In this document: one piece after another, positions 9,305 through 18,553 of the stretch
Layout: every line of letters begins with the position of its first letter
Numbering within the stretch: position 1 is the stretch's first letter
Assembly: GCA_937895825.1 (NCBI GenBank)
Contig: CALBKP010000025.1
Coordinates: 1-51,456 of the forward strand
Direction: 5' to 3'
Length of the DNA: 51,456 bases
Origin: an uncultured Alistipes sp.
Lineage (GTDB): Bacteria > Bacteroidota > Bacteroidia > Bacteroidales > Rikenellaceae
Position numbers and translations under genes: made by a program
Notes under the pieces: generated by a model
Told to the model about the DNA's origin: nothing
Database searches by the model: none
What the model saw: only the letters and a program-made list of their open reading frames with translations

Positions 9305-10207
9305 CTACTTCACTGGTTTCACCTTGTAGCCAGCAGCCTTGAGCAGAGCGATAACACCTTCATCGCCGGGAAGATGTCCCGCGCCGACGACAAAGAGTGT
9401 CGGAGCCTCGCTCATAACCGCAGGCATAGCCTCAACCCAGCGGTGATTGCGGTCGGTGAGTATCTTTTGGAACTCCTCGAGGGTCATATCGCCACTGAGC
9501 AACTCCTTCTCCGTAAGGCGGCGGATGCTCTTCATATCGTGCGAAAAGTAGGCATCAGTCATCGCCTGCATCTCAGCAAGAGTCTCGGCGTTTTTATCCA
9601 CCAACTCGAGTAGCTCCTCACGCTCCTCCTCATCACTCATCCCGCCATAGAGCAGCTCCATCTGGAACTCCACGCTCTCGAAGCCACCAACAGGCTTACC
9701 AGCTTTTCGCGCCTCCTTCTGGAAGTACTCGTCGATAAGGTTCGTGGCATCAAACTCGGGTGTGAGCTTCATAAACTGCATCATAATCAACTGTATAGCG
9801 AGCACAGAAGGTCGCATACGACCAAGCTGCCCTCCGACCATCGGATTATTTAGGTCGACACCCATAACCTCGCGCATATAGGCATTGATACGCCCCAGCT
9901 CATCCTCAGTAAAGAGGTCAGAGATATGCTTGCCGTCGGGCAACATCATAGCCTCAACCATAAGCTGTTGAGCCTTGCCCATATCCTTGGCATCCACCTC
10001 GCCATACACCTGCTCGACGGTAGCCAGAGCCTCCTTCGCCCCCTTGATCTCGTCGACAAACGACGCAGGAGCAAGATGATATGTACCAATGATATACGAT
10101 GGTTCATCAAGGCCATTGCCCGACACGCGATAGAGCAACTGAGCGTTGGCCGTGCCGATGAACGAGATGGCCAAGAACAGTGTTCCAAATAGCTGTTTCA
10201 TCTTCAT
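9305..10207 (-). CDS. TraB/GumN (TIKI-like) family exported protein
   Basis: Signal peptide ANA|Q; SYIIGTYH, RNHRW, VVGAGHL; start moved to ATG 10207. Confidence 0.88.
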   Translation of the reverse strand: MKMKQLFGTLFLAISFIGTANAQLLYRVSGNGLDEPSYIIGTYHLAPASFVDEIKGAKEALATVEQVYGEVDAKDMGKAQQLMVEAMMLPDGKHISDLFTEDELGRINAYMREVMGVDLNNPMVGGQLGRMRPSVLAIQLIMMQFMKLTPEFDATNLIDEYFQKEARKAGKPVGGFESVEFQMELLYGGMSDEEEREELLELVDKNAETLAEMQAMTDAYFSHDMKSIRRLTEKELLSGDMTLEEFQKILTDRNHRWVEAMPAVMSEAPTLFVVGAGHLPGDEGVIALLKAAGYKVKPVK

Positions 10208-10214
10208 AATTCCG

Positions 10215-11468
10215 TTATTTTGTACGCACAAAGCGCAGTGAATGAGGCGTTGTCTGCTTGATTATGATGCGCTCATCGAAGGCATATCGGCGATAGAGTT
10301 CGTCATTATAGTAGCGGATGGTCACCATCTCCACATCCTCCTGCTTATCGACATCGAAGCCCTCGGCACGAAGCTCCGAGATGGCATCGTCAATATGCCA
10401 CGATGCATCAACAGCCATATAGAGGTTCACCGCCGAGTTATGCACGAGGTTGATGCGTATGCGGTGGCTGTCGAACGTTGTAAACACCTTGGCGAACTTC
10501 TCCTCCAAGACGAACGACAGGTCGCGCGAGTGGAGGTTCAGAAGCACCTGGTTGTTCTTCTGTATCATAATAGGCTCGTAGGCACGCTCCACGTCGCCCG
10601 TGATAACCGAGCCTGGGGCGTTCTTGTCGCCAAAGGGTCGTACGTATAGCGGTATATTCTTCTGCTGCAACGGCTTAATGGTCTTTGGGTGGATGATCTG
10701 CGCACCGCTATACGCCATCTCGATAGTATCCATATAGTTCAGGCGGTCGAGCTTCTTGGCATCGGGGAAGATCTTGGGGTCGGCATTAAGAATGCCGTCG
10801 ACATCCTTCCACACGCTCATAGACTCAGCATCGAGTACGTGGGCAACGATGGCTGCCGAGTAGTCCGAGCCCTCACGACCGAGTGTCGTCGTGGTGCCGT
10901 CGGGAGCACCGCCGATGAAGCCCTGCCCCACGAATACCGACACCTCGCTATCGGCAATCTCGCGCTTGAGGCGTACGGCCGTAGCCTCGATATTGACGTT
11001 GGCATCCTTGTGTCGCTGTTCGGTGAGGAAAGCACGGCGCATATCCACCCAGCGGTTAGCCACGCCATGGCCATTGAGGTAGTTCGAGATGATGGTCGTA
11101 GAGACCAACTCGCCGAAGGCCACGATGGTATCGTACCACAGCTCGGCATCCGAGGGGCGATAGATGGTGTTACGCACCGTGTTACGCAGCTGCTTGAAGA
11201 GGAGGTCTACCTGCTCGATGGTGACATCCGCACCCATAAGGTCGTCGATGATGCCGCGGTGGTAGGCATAGCTCTCATCTATACGCTCCATGGCGAGCTT
11301 CTCGTTGCCCTGCTGCATGGCAGCAAATACACCCTCGAGGGCATTTGTGGTCTTACCCATCGCCGAGACGATGATGAAGAGGTCCTTCTCGCCGCTCACG
11401 ATGTTATGTAGATTGCGTACGCCCTCGGCATTCTTCACCGAGGCACCGCCAAATTTATATACTTTCAT
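10215..11468 (-). CDS. lysC: Aspartate kinase
   Basis: KFGGASV, VSAMGKTT, TLGREGSDYSA, WKDVDG, HPKT. Confidence 0.93.
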   Translation of the reverse strand: MKVYKFGGASVKNAEGVRNLHNIVSGEKDLFIIVSAMGKTTNALEGVFAAMQQGNEKLAMERIDESYAYHRGIIDDLMGADVTIEQVDLLFKQLRNTVRNTIYRPSDAELWYDTIVAFGELVSTTIISNYLNGHGVANRWVDMRRAFLTEQRHKDANVNIEATAVRLKREIADSEVSVFVGQGFIGGAPDGTTTTLGREGSDYSAAIVAHVLDAESMSVWKDVDGILNADPKIFPDAKKLDRLNYMDTIEMAYSGAQIIHPKTIKPLQQKNIPLYVRPFGDKNAPGSVITGDVERAYEPIMIQKNNQVLLNLHSRDLSFVLEEKFAKVFTTFDSHRIRINLVHNSAVNLYMAVDASWHIDDAISELRAEGFDVDKQEDVEMVTIRYYNDELYRRYAFDERIIIKQTTPHSLRFVRTK

Positions 11469-11500
11469 AGGCTGAATATTTTATCCTTGTTTTATGGCTA

Positions 11501-11508
11501 CAAATTTA
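11501..11508 (-). promoter_or_regulatory. -7 element (TAAATTTG) for lysC
   Basis: CAAATTTA on + strand, about 33 nt before the start codon. Confidence 0.6.
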
Positions 11509-11564
11509 TAAAAAATTTTCAAAACAACATTATCTTGATTTCATATTTTCATAGACTGACATAT

Positions 11565-11599
11565 AAAAAATTCGACGGACAGCCGTAGCCTCCGTCGAA
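11565..11599 (-). terminator. Intrinsic terminator after recJ
   Basis: TTCGACGGA/TCCGTCGAA stem followed by U6 on the minus strand. Confidence 0.8.
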
Positions 11600-11634
11600 C
11601 TTCTACTCTATGCTCACCCCTCTGGTAAGCAGCC

Positions 11635-13395
11635 CTACCTCTCGGGCTTGATATCCTTGACTCTAAGCTGCTTACTTACCGTGCCGCGGTAGTGGTTCTC
11701 CACGATCTGGTAGCATACCGAGATAGGCTTACCGGCGCGTACCCACTCGTAGTGCGTTGGCTGCTGGAAGGCAATAGCCGGGATGGTCGTGTGCGGCTTC
11801 TGGCGCTGCATAAGATCCATACGCAAGTGGTCGCACTCTACACCTACGAGCTTTGCATCGCCGCGGTTGCTCGTGCCACGCGTCATAAAGACGGGGGCGG
11901 GGTTTCCAGGGCCAAAGGTCTGGAAGCTGTTGAGCTGGCGATGAAACTCATCGGTAATCTCCGAGAAGAGCAACTCGCAGTCGATATCCACCTGAGGCAC
12001 AAGGATACTCGGGTCGATATTCTTCTCCACGTAGTCATTGAAGCGCTTTGTGAACTTCTCAACATTCTCCTCCTTCATCGTAAGACCCGCAGCGTACATG
12101 TGGCCACCGAAGTTCTCCAGCAGGTCGGAGCATGACTCCACAGCTTGGTAGAGGTCAAAGCCCGCAACCGAGCGTGCCGAGCCCGTAACAAAGCCGTTAG
12201 ACTTCGTGAGAACAACCGTAGGACGGTAGTAGGTCTCGATAAGTCGCGAGGCAACGATACCCACGATACCCTTCATCCACTTGGGATTATAGATAACCGT
12301 GCTCTTCATAGCCTTAAGCTCGGGGTTGGCCTCAACGTAGTCGTGAGCCTCCTGCGTAACATTACGGTCGATGCTCTTACGATCCTGATTATACGAGTCG
12401 ATAACCTCGCCGAACTTCGCCGCCTCCTGCTCGTTACCCTCGATAAGAAGGCTCACGGCAGCATGGCCACCCGAGGGTGCTGCGTTCTCATCGTCCTCAT
12501 CCATACGCATACGGCCGGCAGCGTTGATACGCGGGCCGATCTTAAAGACGATGTCGTCGATGGTTATGTTATGACCCTCAAGGCCACAAATCTTGATTAT
12601 CGAAAGCAGTCCCTTCGAGGGCGAAGAGTTGAGCTTGCGCAATCCGTAGTATGCCAAAATGCGGTTCTCGTCCACAAGAGGCACAATGTCCGAAGCGATA
12701 CTCACAACCAACAGATCCAACAGATGCTCGATCTCCGAGAACGGGATGTTGTTGCGTCGTGCATACGCCTCGACGAGTTTAAATCCCACGCCACAGCCCG
12801 AAAGCTCGTCGAACGGATAGGTACAATCCGTACGCTTGGGATCCAATACAGCCACTGCCTGAGGAATCTCCTCGGCAGGTAAATGGTGGTCGCAGATGAT
12901 GAAATCTACGCCCTTTTGCTTGGCATAGGCCACCTTCTCAACGGCTTTGATGCCGCAATCCAGTGCAATGACCAGCGTTACGCCTTTACGTACAGCATGG
13001 TCGATGCTGCGGATAGATATGCCGTATCCATCGACATATCGGTCGGGAATGTAGAACAACAGATTCTTGTGTCCTATCTGGCTCAAAAACTTGTAAACGA
13101 GCGATACAGCCGTTGTTCCATCGACGTCGTAATCGCCATAGATCATAACTGTTTCCTGCTCCTTCACTGCCTTCTCGATGCGTTCCACCGCGCGGTCCAT
13201 ATCCTTCATTAGGAACGGATCGTGCAAGTCGCGAAGCGCGGGCGAGAAGAACTTCTTGGCCTTCTCCACGGTGTCTATGCCCCTCTGAACTAGCAGGTTG
13301 GTAAGCACTGGCGACATACCGAGGCGTGAGGACATAGCCTCCACCACCGTACGGTCGCCCTGTGGCTTGACAACCCATCTTTTCTCTATGGGCAT
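11635..13395 (-). CDS. recJ: ssDNA-specific exonuclease RecJ
   Basis: YGDYDVDG, DCG, DHH, PRINAAGR, GSARS, GGH motifs. Confidence 0.97.
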   Translation of the reverse strand: MPIEKRWVVKPQGDRTVVEAMSSRLGMSPVLTNLLVQRGIDTVEKAKKFFSPALRDLHDPFLMKDMDRAVERIEKAVKEQETVMIYGDYDVDGTTAVSLVYKFLSQIGHKNLLFYIPDRYVDGYGISIRSIDHAVRKGVTLVIALDCGIKAVEKVAYAKQKGVDFIICDHHLPAEEIPQAVAVLDPKRTDCTYPFDELSGCGVGFKLVEAYARRNNIPFSEIEHLLDLLVVSIASDIVPLVDENRILAYYGLRKLNSSPSKGLLSIIKICGLEGHNITIDDIVFKIGPRINAAGRMRMDEDDENAAPSGGHAAVSLLIEGNEQEAAKFGEVIDSYNQDRKSIDRNVTQEAHDYVEANPELKAMKSTVIYNPKWMKGIVGIVASRLIETYYRPTVVLTKSNGFVTGSARSVAGFDLYQAVESCSDLLENFGGHMYAAGLTMKEENVEKFTKRFNDYVEKNIDPSILVPQVDIDCELLFSEITDEFHRQLNSFQTFGPGNPAPVFMTRGTSNRGDAKLVGVECDHLRMDLMQRQKPHTTIPAIAFQQPTHYEWVRAGKPISVCYQIVENHYRGTVSKQLRVKDIKPER

Positions 13396-13400
13396 AACGT

Positions 13401-14087
13401 TTATTTTTTATATTTAACATTTAAATTTTTCGTTAAGTGGTTGATAAACTTGGGCTTCACCTCCTCCATTGTAACCTCACGGCCAGTGAGTGTAGTGAGC
13501 GAACATACGCCACGATCGGTAAAGCCGCAGGGGTTAATAAGGTGGAACCAATTGAGGTCTGTGCATACGTTCATTGCAAGACCATGCATCGTAACGCCAT
13601 GTGAGGCACGCACGCCAACAGCACACAACTTCGTGAGGCGTGAGCCCTGGGTAATCCATACACCCGAGGCACCCTCCGAACGGTGAGCCTCGATGCCATA
13701 CTCCGCAGCGAGGTCGATGACGCTCTGCTCCAGTGCATCAATATAACGTCGAATACCCAAACCTATTGCGTCGAGGTCGATAATCGGATAGCATACAAGC
13801 TGTCCGGGACCATGGAACGTGATATCGCCACCACGGTCTATATGATAGAACTCCGCACCGAGGGACTTGAGTCGCTCCTCCGTGCAGAGCATATTGCCCT
13901 CATTGCCACTCTTGCCCAAGGTATAAACGGCAGGATGCTCGACAATAAGAATTGTGCCACACGAATCATCGCTGGCAACACTCTTGTCGAGCTTCTTCTT
14001 ACACAACGCATCGAACAGCGAACGCTGCAACTCCCAGCACTCGCCATACGCCATTGTCTGTAAATCTCTGATCTCTACCTCCTGCAT
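13401..14087 (-). CDS. lipB: Lipoyl(octanoyl) transferase
   Basis: EHPAVYTLG, RGGDITFHGPGQLV, HGLAMN, PCG. Confidence 0.96.
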   Translation of the reverse strand: MQEVEIRDLQTMAYGECWELQRSLFDALCKKKLDKSVASDDSCGTILIVEHPAVYTLGKSGNEGNMLCTEERLKSLGAEFYHIDRGGDITFHGPGQLVCYPIIDLDAIGLGIRRYIDALEQSVIDLAAEYGIEAHRSEGASGVWITQGSRLTKLCAVGVRASHGVTMHGLAMNVCTDLNWFHLINPCGFTDRGVCSLTTLTGREVTMEEVKPKFINHLTKNLNVKYKK

Positions 14088-14965
14088 ACCTTATTTACAG
14101 CTTCAAGTGCGGCATCGGCCAAATACGACGAACGCACAAGAGGTGCGCTCGCACAATAGCTGAAACCCATCTCGAGAGCTGCAATACGGTACTCTTCGAA
14201 CTTCTCAGGAGTGATATACGCCTTGACAGGATAGTGCTCCTTGGTAGGTCGAAGATACTGGCCGAGGGTGACGATGCTCACACCCACCTCGCGCAGATCG
14301 CGAAGCGTTTGCAGCACCTCCTCCTCACTCTCACCAAGACCGAGCATAAGGCCGCTCTTGGCTACCGCCCCACTTTGTGCTATGTGCTCCAACGTACGGA
14401 GCGATGTGCGATACTTCGCACGTGAGCGCACCTCAGGGGTCAGTCTCTCGACGGTTTCGATGTTGTGTCCCACAATGTCGGGACGCGATGCCAGCACCAC
14501 GTCAATAAGATCGGGGCGGGCATCCATATCGGAAATAAGGAGCTCTATTGTTGAATCGGGATTATCTCTGCGGATTGCCTCCACCGTGCGTGCCCATATC
14601 TGAGCACCGTGGTCTTCGAGGTCGTCACGCGTAACAGATGTAACAACAACGTGCTTCAGGCCCATTAGCTTCACGCTCTCGGCAACCTTATCGGGCTCCG
14701 CCTCGTCGGGAGGCAGGGGTCGACCTGTCTGCGTAGCACAGAAGCGACAATTACGAGTACAAATATCACCCAAGATCATAAACGTTGCTGTACGACGACT
14801 CCAGCACTCCGCCTTATTTGGGCACATACCGCTACTGCATATAGTATGCAGGCAGCGACCCTCGACGATCTGCTCAACGTCCGCTGTATCAGCCGTACTC
14901 CTCAGGCTTATCTTCAGCCATTCGGGCTTTCTCAGATACTCGTATTGTTCACGTACCTTCGGCAT
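14075..14965 (-). CDS. lipA: Lipoyl synthase
   Basis: CxxxxCPNxxEC and CTRNCRFC, HNIETV, VRSSY; start set to ATG 14965 because a promoter lies at 14993-15000. Confidence 0.96.
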   Translation of the reverse strand: MPKVREQYEYLRKPEWLKISLRSTADTADVEQIVEGRCLHTICSSGMCPNKAECWSRRTATFMILGDICTRNCRFCATQTGRPLPPDEAEPDKVAESVKLMGLKHVVVTSVTRDDLEDHGAQIWARTVEAIRRDNPDSTIELLISDMDARPDLIDVVLASRPDIVGHNIETVERLTPEVRSRAKYRTSLRTLEHIAQSGAVAKSGLMLGLGESEEEVLQTLRDLREVGVSIVTLGQYLRPTKEHYPVKAYITPEKFEEYRIAALEMGFSYCASAPLVRSSYLADAALEAVNKVCRR

Positions 14966-14992
14966 TTTAAGTTCACTTTTTTCCAATTGATG

Positions 14993-15000
14993 CAAAATTA
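14993..15000 (-). promoter_or_regulatory. -7 element (TAATTTTG) for lipA-lipB-recJ
   Basis: CAAAATTA on + strand. Confidence 0.6.
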
Positions 15001-15061
15001 CAAAAAATTTCAATTATTGCAAATTTTTATTAGAAAAAAGTGTCATATCAGCGATATTTAT

Positions 15062-15664
15062 CTACTTCTTGGCGCGACGCCCCAATTCTACATACTCGGT
15101 GTAGACGAGCTCGGTATGGGGATTTGACGACCATATCTCCTGGCGTATACCCTTAGTGCCGTAGCGAAAAAAAAGAAACTTTCGCGGCACACGATGCACC
15201 ACCTGGCGTAGCGTGTCGACCGAGCGCAACGAGTAGCTGAGGCTATCGCCATGCACCCTACCAGCGATGTTACTCCATGCATCGCCATCGGAGAATAGAC
15301 GAACGGTATCGCGCACCGTATCGCGAACGATAATCGTGTCGCGCAGCGTAACGGTGGCATCATAGCGGCTCTCCGTGGCACTCACAGCGTAGCTCTCGGC
15401 ACGACGCAGACGCAATCCGAGCGAACGAATAATTTCGGCATCACGCACCCGATACTCCTTAAACTCCGCAACGCTGAGTTCCAGCGCCACGACGCGTGCC
15501 GCCGACTCGTTAGCCTTCGTGCGATAGAGTGTAACACCCTGTAACAGTGAATACTGATTGTTGCGTAACCGCATGTTTTCATCGTACAGATTACGGATTA
15601 CAACAACGGATACGACAAGTGCTGCGAGGAGCGTAACAGCCCCCCAGAATAGAAACTTTTTCAT
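15062..15664 (-). CDS. DUF6549-like membrane-anchored protein
   Basis: N-terminal TM, coiled coil (ENMRLRNNQ), RDT repeats, RKFLFFRYGTK...NPH; promoter TATCTTTG at 15690-15697. Confidence 0.65.
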   Translation of the reverse strand: MKKFLFWGAVTLLAALVVSVVVIRNLYDENMRLRNNQYSLLQGVTLYRTKANESAARVVALELSVAEFKEYRVRDAEIIRSLGLRLRRAESYAVSATESRYDATVTLRDTIIVRDTVRDTVRLFSDGDAWSNIAGRVHGDSLSYSLRSVDTLRQVVHRVPRKFLFFRYGTKGIRQEIWSSNPHTELVYTEYVELGRRAKK

Positions 15665-15828
15665 ACAAGATTATAAGATTAGTGACCCACAAAGATACAC
15701 TCAAAAAAGGGCCCTAATTTCTAATCTTTTTAGAAATTGCTAAAAAAGTGACGGTTATCGTAAACCGTAAGATACGAGATGGCGACCCGCCACATGCTAT
15801 TATGGAGATGCAGCTGTGGCACTGACAC

Positions 15829-15872
15829 AAAAAAAAACCGCATAGGCCATACTTTACGTATCTCCCATGCGG
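15829..15872 (-). terminator. Intrinsic terminator after the MFS sugar permease
   Basis: CCGCATGGG/CCTATGCGG stem plus long U tract on the minus strand. Confidence 0.75.
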
Positions 15873-15915
15873 ACTTCTTTACGAAGCGTCGCTAATGCGC
15901 CGCTATAACAACTGT

Positions 15916-17205
15916 TTACTCTGTCTTTATATCCTTATTTACATTCTTCGAACCTATCAAAGCATAGTAGAGCAAGTATGCAAGGCCAGCGACGATCACC
16001 CAATAGCTTGTGAGGTAGCTGCCCGTCCAGTCAACGATACCGTTCTGCAACAGAGGAAGGATACCACCACCGCAAACCAAGGCCATAAAGATACCAGAGG
16101 CCTTCTCAGTGTACTTACCAAGGCCCTCAACAGCGAGGTTGAAGATACCTCCCCACATTACCGATGTACATAGACCGCACAACACCAACAGAGCGGCATT
16201 GATGGGCACCTCAGCCATACCAAAGCCCTCGGTTCCCTTGAATACTGGGAGGTTAACGCTAATTGCGGGATCAAGGAACATTGCGCCAAGAACCAAACAT
16301 AGGCCTAAGAGCGACACCGCACTAAGCATAGCCTTAGCCGACACCTTTGCACCGAGAGCAGCACCTGCCAAACGGCCAAAGAACATCAACAACCAATAGG
16401 TAGCAGCCACCGTAGCAGCAATACCCTCAGCACCAGTCTCTACGCTAAGGCCTCCATTCTGCAACCACTTCTGCAACACGTTGGGAATACCTACCTCAAC
16501 ACCCACGTAAATGAAGATGGCAATAGCACCCAGAACGAAGTGACGGAAAGACATAGGGCCAACCTTCGAGTCGCTCTTCTTAACCTCAGCCGATGTTGTA
16601 TTCTCAGGGATGTTTGTGAAGAGGATAACTACAAATGCCAGGGCGAAGATAGCCAAAGCGATGAACATCAATGGGAACACCTGCTTAATCTTGGCATCAA
16701 CAATACTGGGGACAAAGACACCCGTGAGGAAGATAACGGCCGTACCCATGAACGAGTTGAACGAGCCACCCACCTGTAATAGCTGATTACCACGGTTGCC
16801 ACCACCAGCGAGCTTATTAAGCATGGGGTTAACCACGATGTTAAGCATACACATAGAGAAACCAGCGATGAAGGCACCGAGGAGATATACGCCAAAGGCG
16901 AGGTCGCCTTGCAAAAGGCCAGCGATAGTCTGAACGCCAACACCCGTGAAACCTACCAAAACAGCAGCAAGGGCGGTAAACTTATAGCCACGACGCTGGA
17001 GGAGGTTACCCGCGGGGATGCCCATACATGCGTAAGCAATAAAGTTCGCGAATACGCCGAGCGTACCCATCCAGTTAGCAACATCAAACTGGTTCTTCAG
17101 CACATCACCCATGGGTGATGCAAGATTGGTTACAAACGAGATCATTCCGAAGAGCAGAATCATCACGATAATTGCCAATAGATTACCTTTCTTTTGTGTA
17201 CTCAT
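15916..17205 (-). CDS. FucP/GluP-family MFS sugar:H+ symporter
   Basis: 12-TM pattern; FIYVGVEVG, SVMWGGIF, GGGILP. Confidence 0.9.
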   Translation of the reverse strand: MSTQKKGNLLAIIVMILLFGMISFVTNLASPMGDVLKNQFDVANWMGTLGVFANFIAYACMGIPAGNLLQRRGYKFTALAAVLVGFTGVGVQTIAGLLQGDLAFGVYLLGAFIAGFSMCMLNIVVNPMLNKLAGGGNRGNQLLQVGGSFNSFMGTAVIFLTGVFVPSIVDAKIKQVFPLMFIALAIFALAFVVILFTNIPENTTSAEVKKSDSKVGPMSFRHFVLGAIAIFIYVGVEVGIPNVLQKWLQNGGLSVETGAEGIAATVAATYWLLMFFGRLAGAALGAKVSAKAMLSAVSLLGLCLVLGAMFLDPAISVNLPVFKGTEGFGMAEVPINAALLVLCGLCTSVMWGGIFNLAVEGLGKYTEKASGIFMALVCGGGILPLLQNGIVDWTGSYLTSYWVIVAGLAYLLYYALIGSKNVNKDIKTE

Positions 17206-17230
17206 AACTCTATAATTTTATTAACGGTTT

Positions 17231-18247
17231 TTACTTATCACGCTCTGCAATAAAGGTGCAGAGATCCATCAACGCACGGCGGTATGGCGACTCGGGATAC
17301 TTCGACAGGAGGTGCATAGCACGCGACAGATAGGCGTGCATAGTCTCCGACGCAAGCTCCGCACCGTGACCCTCGTCGACAATCTTCTGAAGCTCATCGA
17401 CAGCCGTATTGTCTACGTCGCAACGCTTCAACGTAGCGATAATCTCCTCGCGACGCTCCTTCGTAACACGCTCCATAACCTCAATCAACGGTAGCGTGAT
17501 CTTATGCTCGCGGAGGTCGTTATTCACAGGCTTACCCGTGTTGTTCTGGCGGTTATAGTCGAGGATGTCGTCCTGAATCTGGAAGGCCATACCTATCGCC
17601 TCGCCGAACTTACGCATACGGTCGATCTCTTCGCGCGAAGCACCAACAGAGAGGGCTCCAAGCGCAGCTGCCACACCCAAGAGGCTCGCCGTTTTACGGT
17701 AGATGATATCGAAGTAGTCGTTGCGCGTGGTGTCGAAACGGCTGGCGTGCTGACTCTGCAACACCTCACCCTCGCAGAGGGTAGCCATAGCCGAGCCTAC
17801 GTACGATACAAGGTCATATTGCGCACTGGCCATGCCCAATGACATTGTGCGTGCAAGGATATAGTCACCCAGAATGATGGCCGTATCGCTCTGCCACTTG
17901 GCATTCACCGAGGGTTTGCCACGACGCTCGTCGGCACCGTCGAGCACGTCGTCGTGGATAAGCGAGGCGGTGTGAATCATCTCAACGAGCATAGCCGCGA
18001 GGTATGTGCGCTTCGAGCAATGGCGCTCACGTCCACACTCCTCAGCAGTATCAGCCACCGAGGCAGCACTCATCGAGGCCGTGAGCAACGTGAGTATCGG
18101 ACGGACACCCTTACCACGCGACGAGAGCGCATAAGTGAGCATATCCTGAAGCATCTCGCCCTCGGCACTAAAATTATCGGCCACGAAGCTATCAAAGGCC
18201 TCCAGGTCGGCAAGTATAGGTTTACGAATAACCTCTATCGATATCAT
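17231..18247 (-). CDS. Polyprenyl diphosphate synthase (IspB-like)
   Basis: GKGVRP, HDDVLD...RRG, FQIQDDILD; promoter TATCTTTG at 18267-18274 supports ATG 18247. Confidence 0.93.
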   Translation of the reverse strand: MISIEVIRKPILADLEAFDSFVADNFSAEGEMLQDMLTYALSSRGKGVRPILTLLTASMSAASVADTAEECGRERHCSKRTYLAAMLVEMIHTASLIHDDVLDGADERRGKPSVNAKWQSDTAIILGDYILARTMSLGMASAQYDLVSYVGSAMATLCEGEVLQSQHASRFDTTRNDYFDIIYRKTASLLGVAAALGALSVGASREEIDRMRKFGEAIGMAFQIQDDILDYNRQNNTGKPVNNDLREHKITLPLIEVMERVTKERREEIIATLKRCDVDNTAVDELQKIVDEGHGAELASETMHAYLSRAMHLLSKYPESPYRRALMDLCTFIAERDK

Positions 18248-18401
18248 AACTTTAGGTTTGAACAAACAAAGATAGTGATTTTTTTGTAAATCCTAATTAG
18301 TAATGAGCAATAAGTGATTTTTAATTAGTAATGAGTAGCTGGAAATTCGTATTTATTCTTTCTCATGGCGAACAGGGTGAACAAACAACAAAGGGGAGTT
18401 G

Positions 18402-18538
18402 AAGAGTAGTAGAAAGGGTAGTTCAAGTGTTTAGTAATCGGTTATGTGGTGAGTATTAGGTAAAACACTTTCTACTACCCTTTAGCGCCTTTAGGTGCGA
18501 ACAACCTTTAGACTACCCTTAAACTACCCTTAGACTAC
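18402..18538. repeat. Left copy of a degenerate inverted repeat element, internally palindromic with ACTACCCT submotifs
   Basis: 18402-18423 is the exact reverse complement of 22988-23009; 18478-18505 matches the reverse complement of 22880-22907 at 27/28. Confidence 0.85.
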
Positions 18539-18553
18539 TTATTAATTAATATT

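Noticed and set aside
8987..9613. 208-aa plus-strand ORF and other frames over the Cys-rich gene
   Set aside because: Frame-shifted reading of GCT/GAG-rich codons; runs through a terminator and antisense into the TraB gene
9305..10207. Conjugation gene because of the TraB family name
   Set aside because: Motifs fit the TraB/GumN/TIKI family; it sits behind lysC with no transfer genes
10689..12882. 240-245-aa plus-strand ORFs
   Set aside because: Antisense to lysC and recJ, a codon-bias artefact
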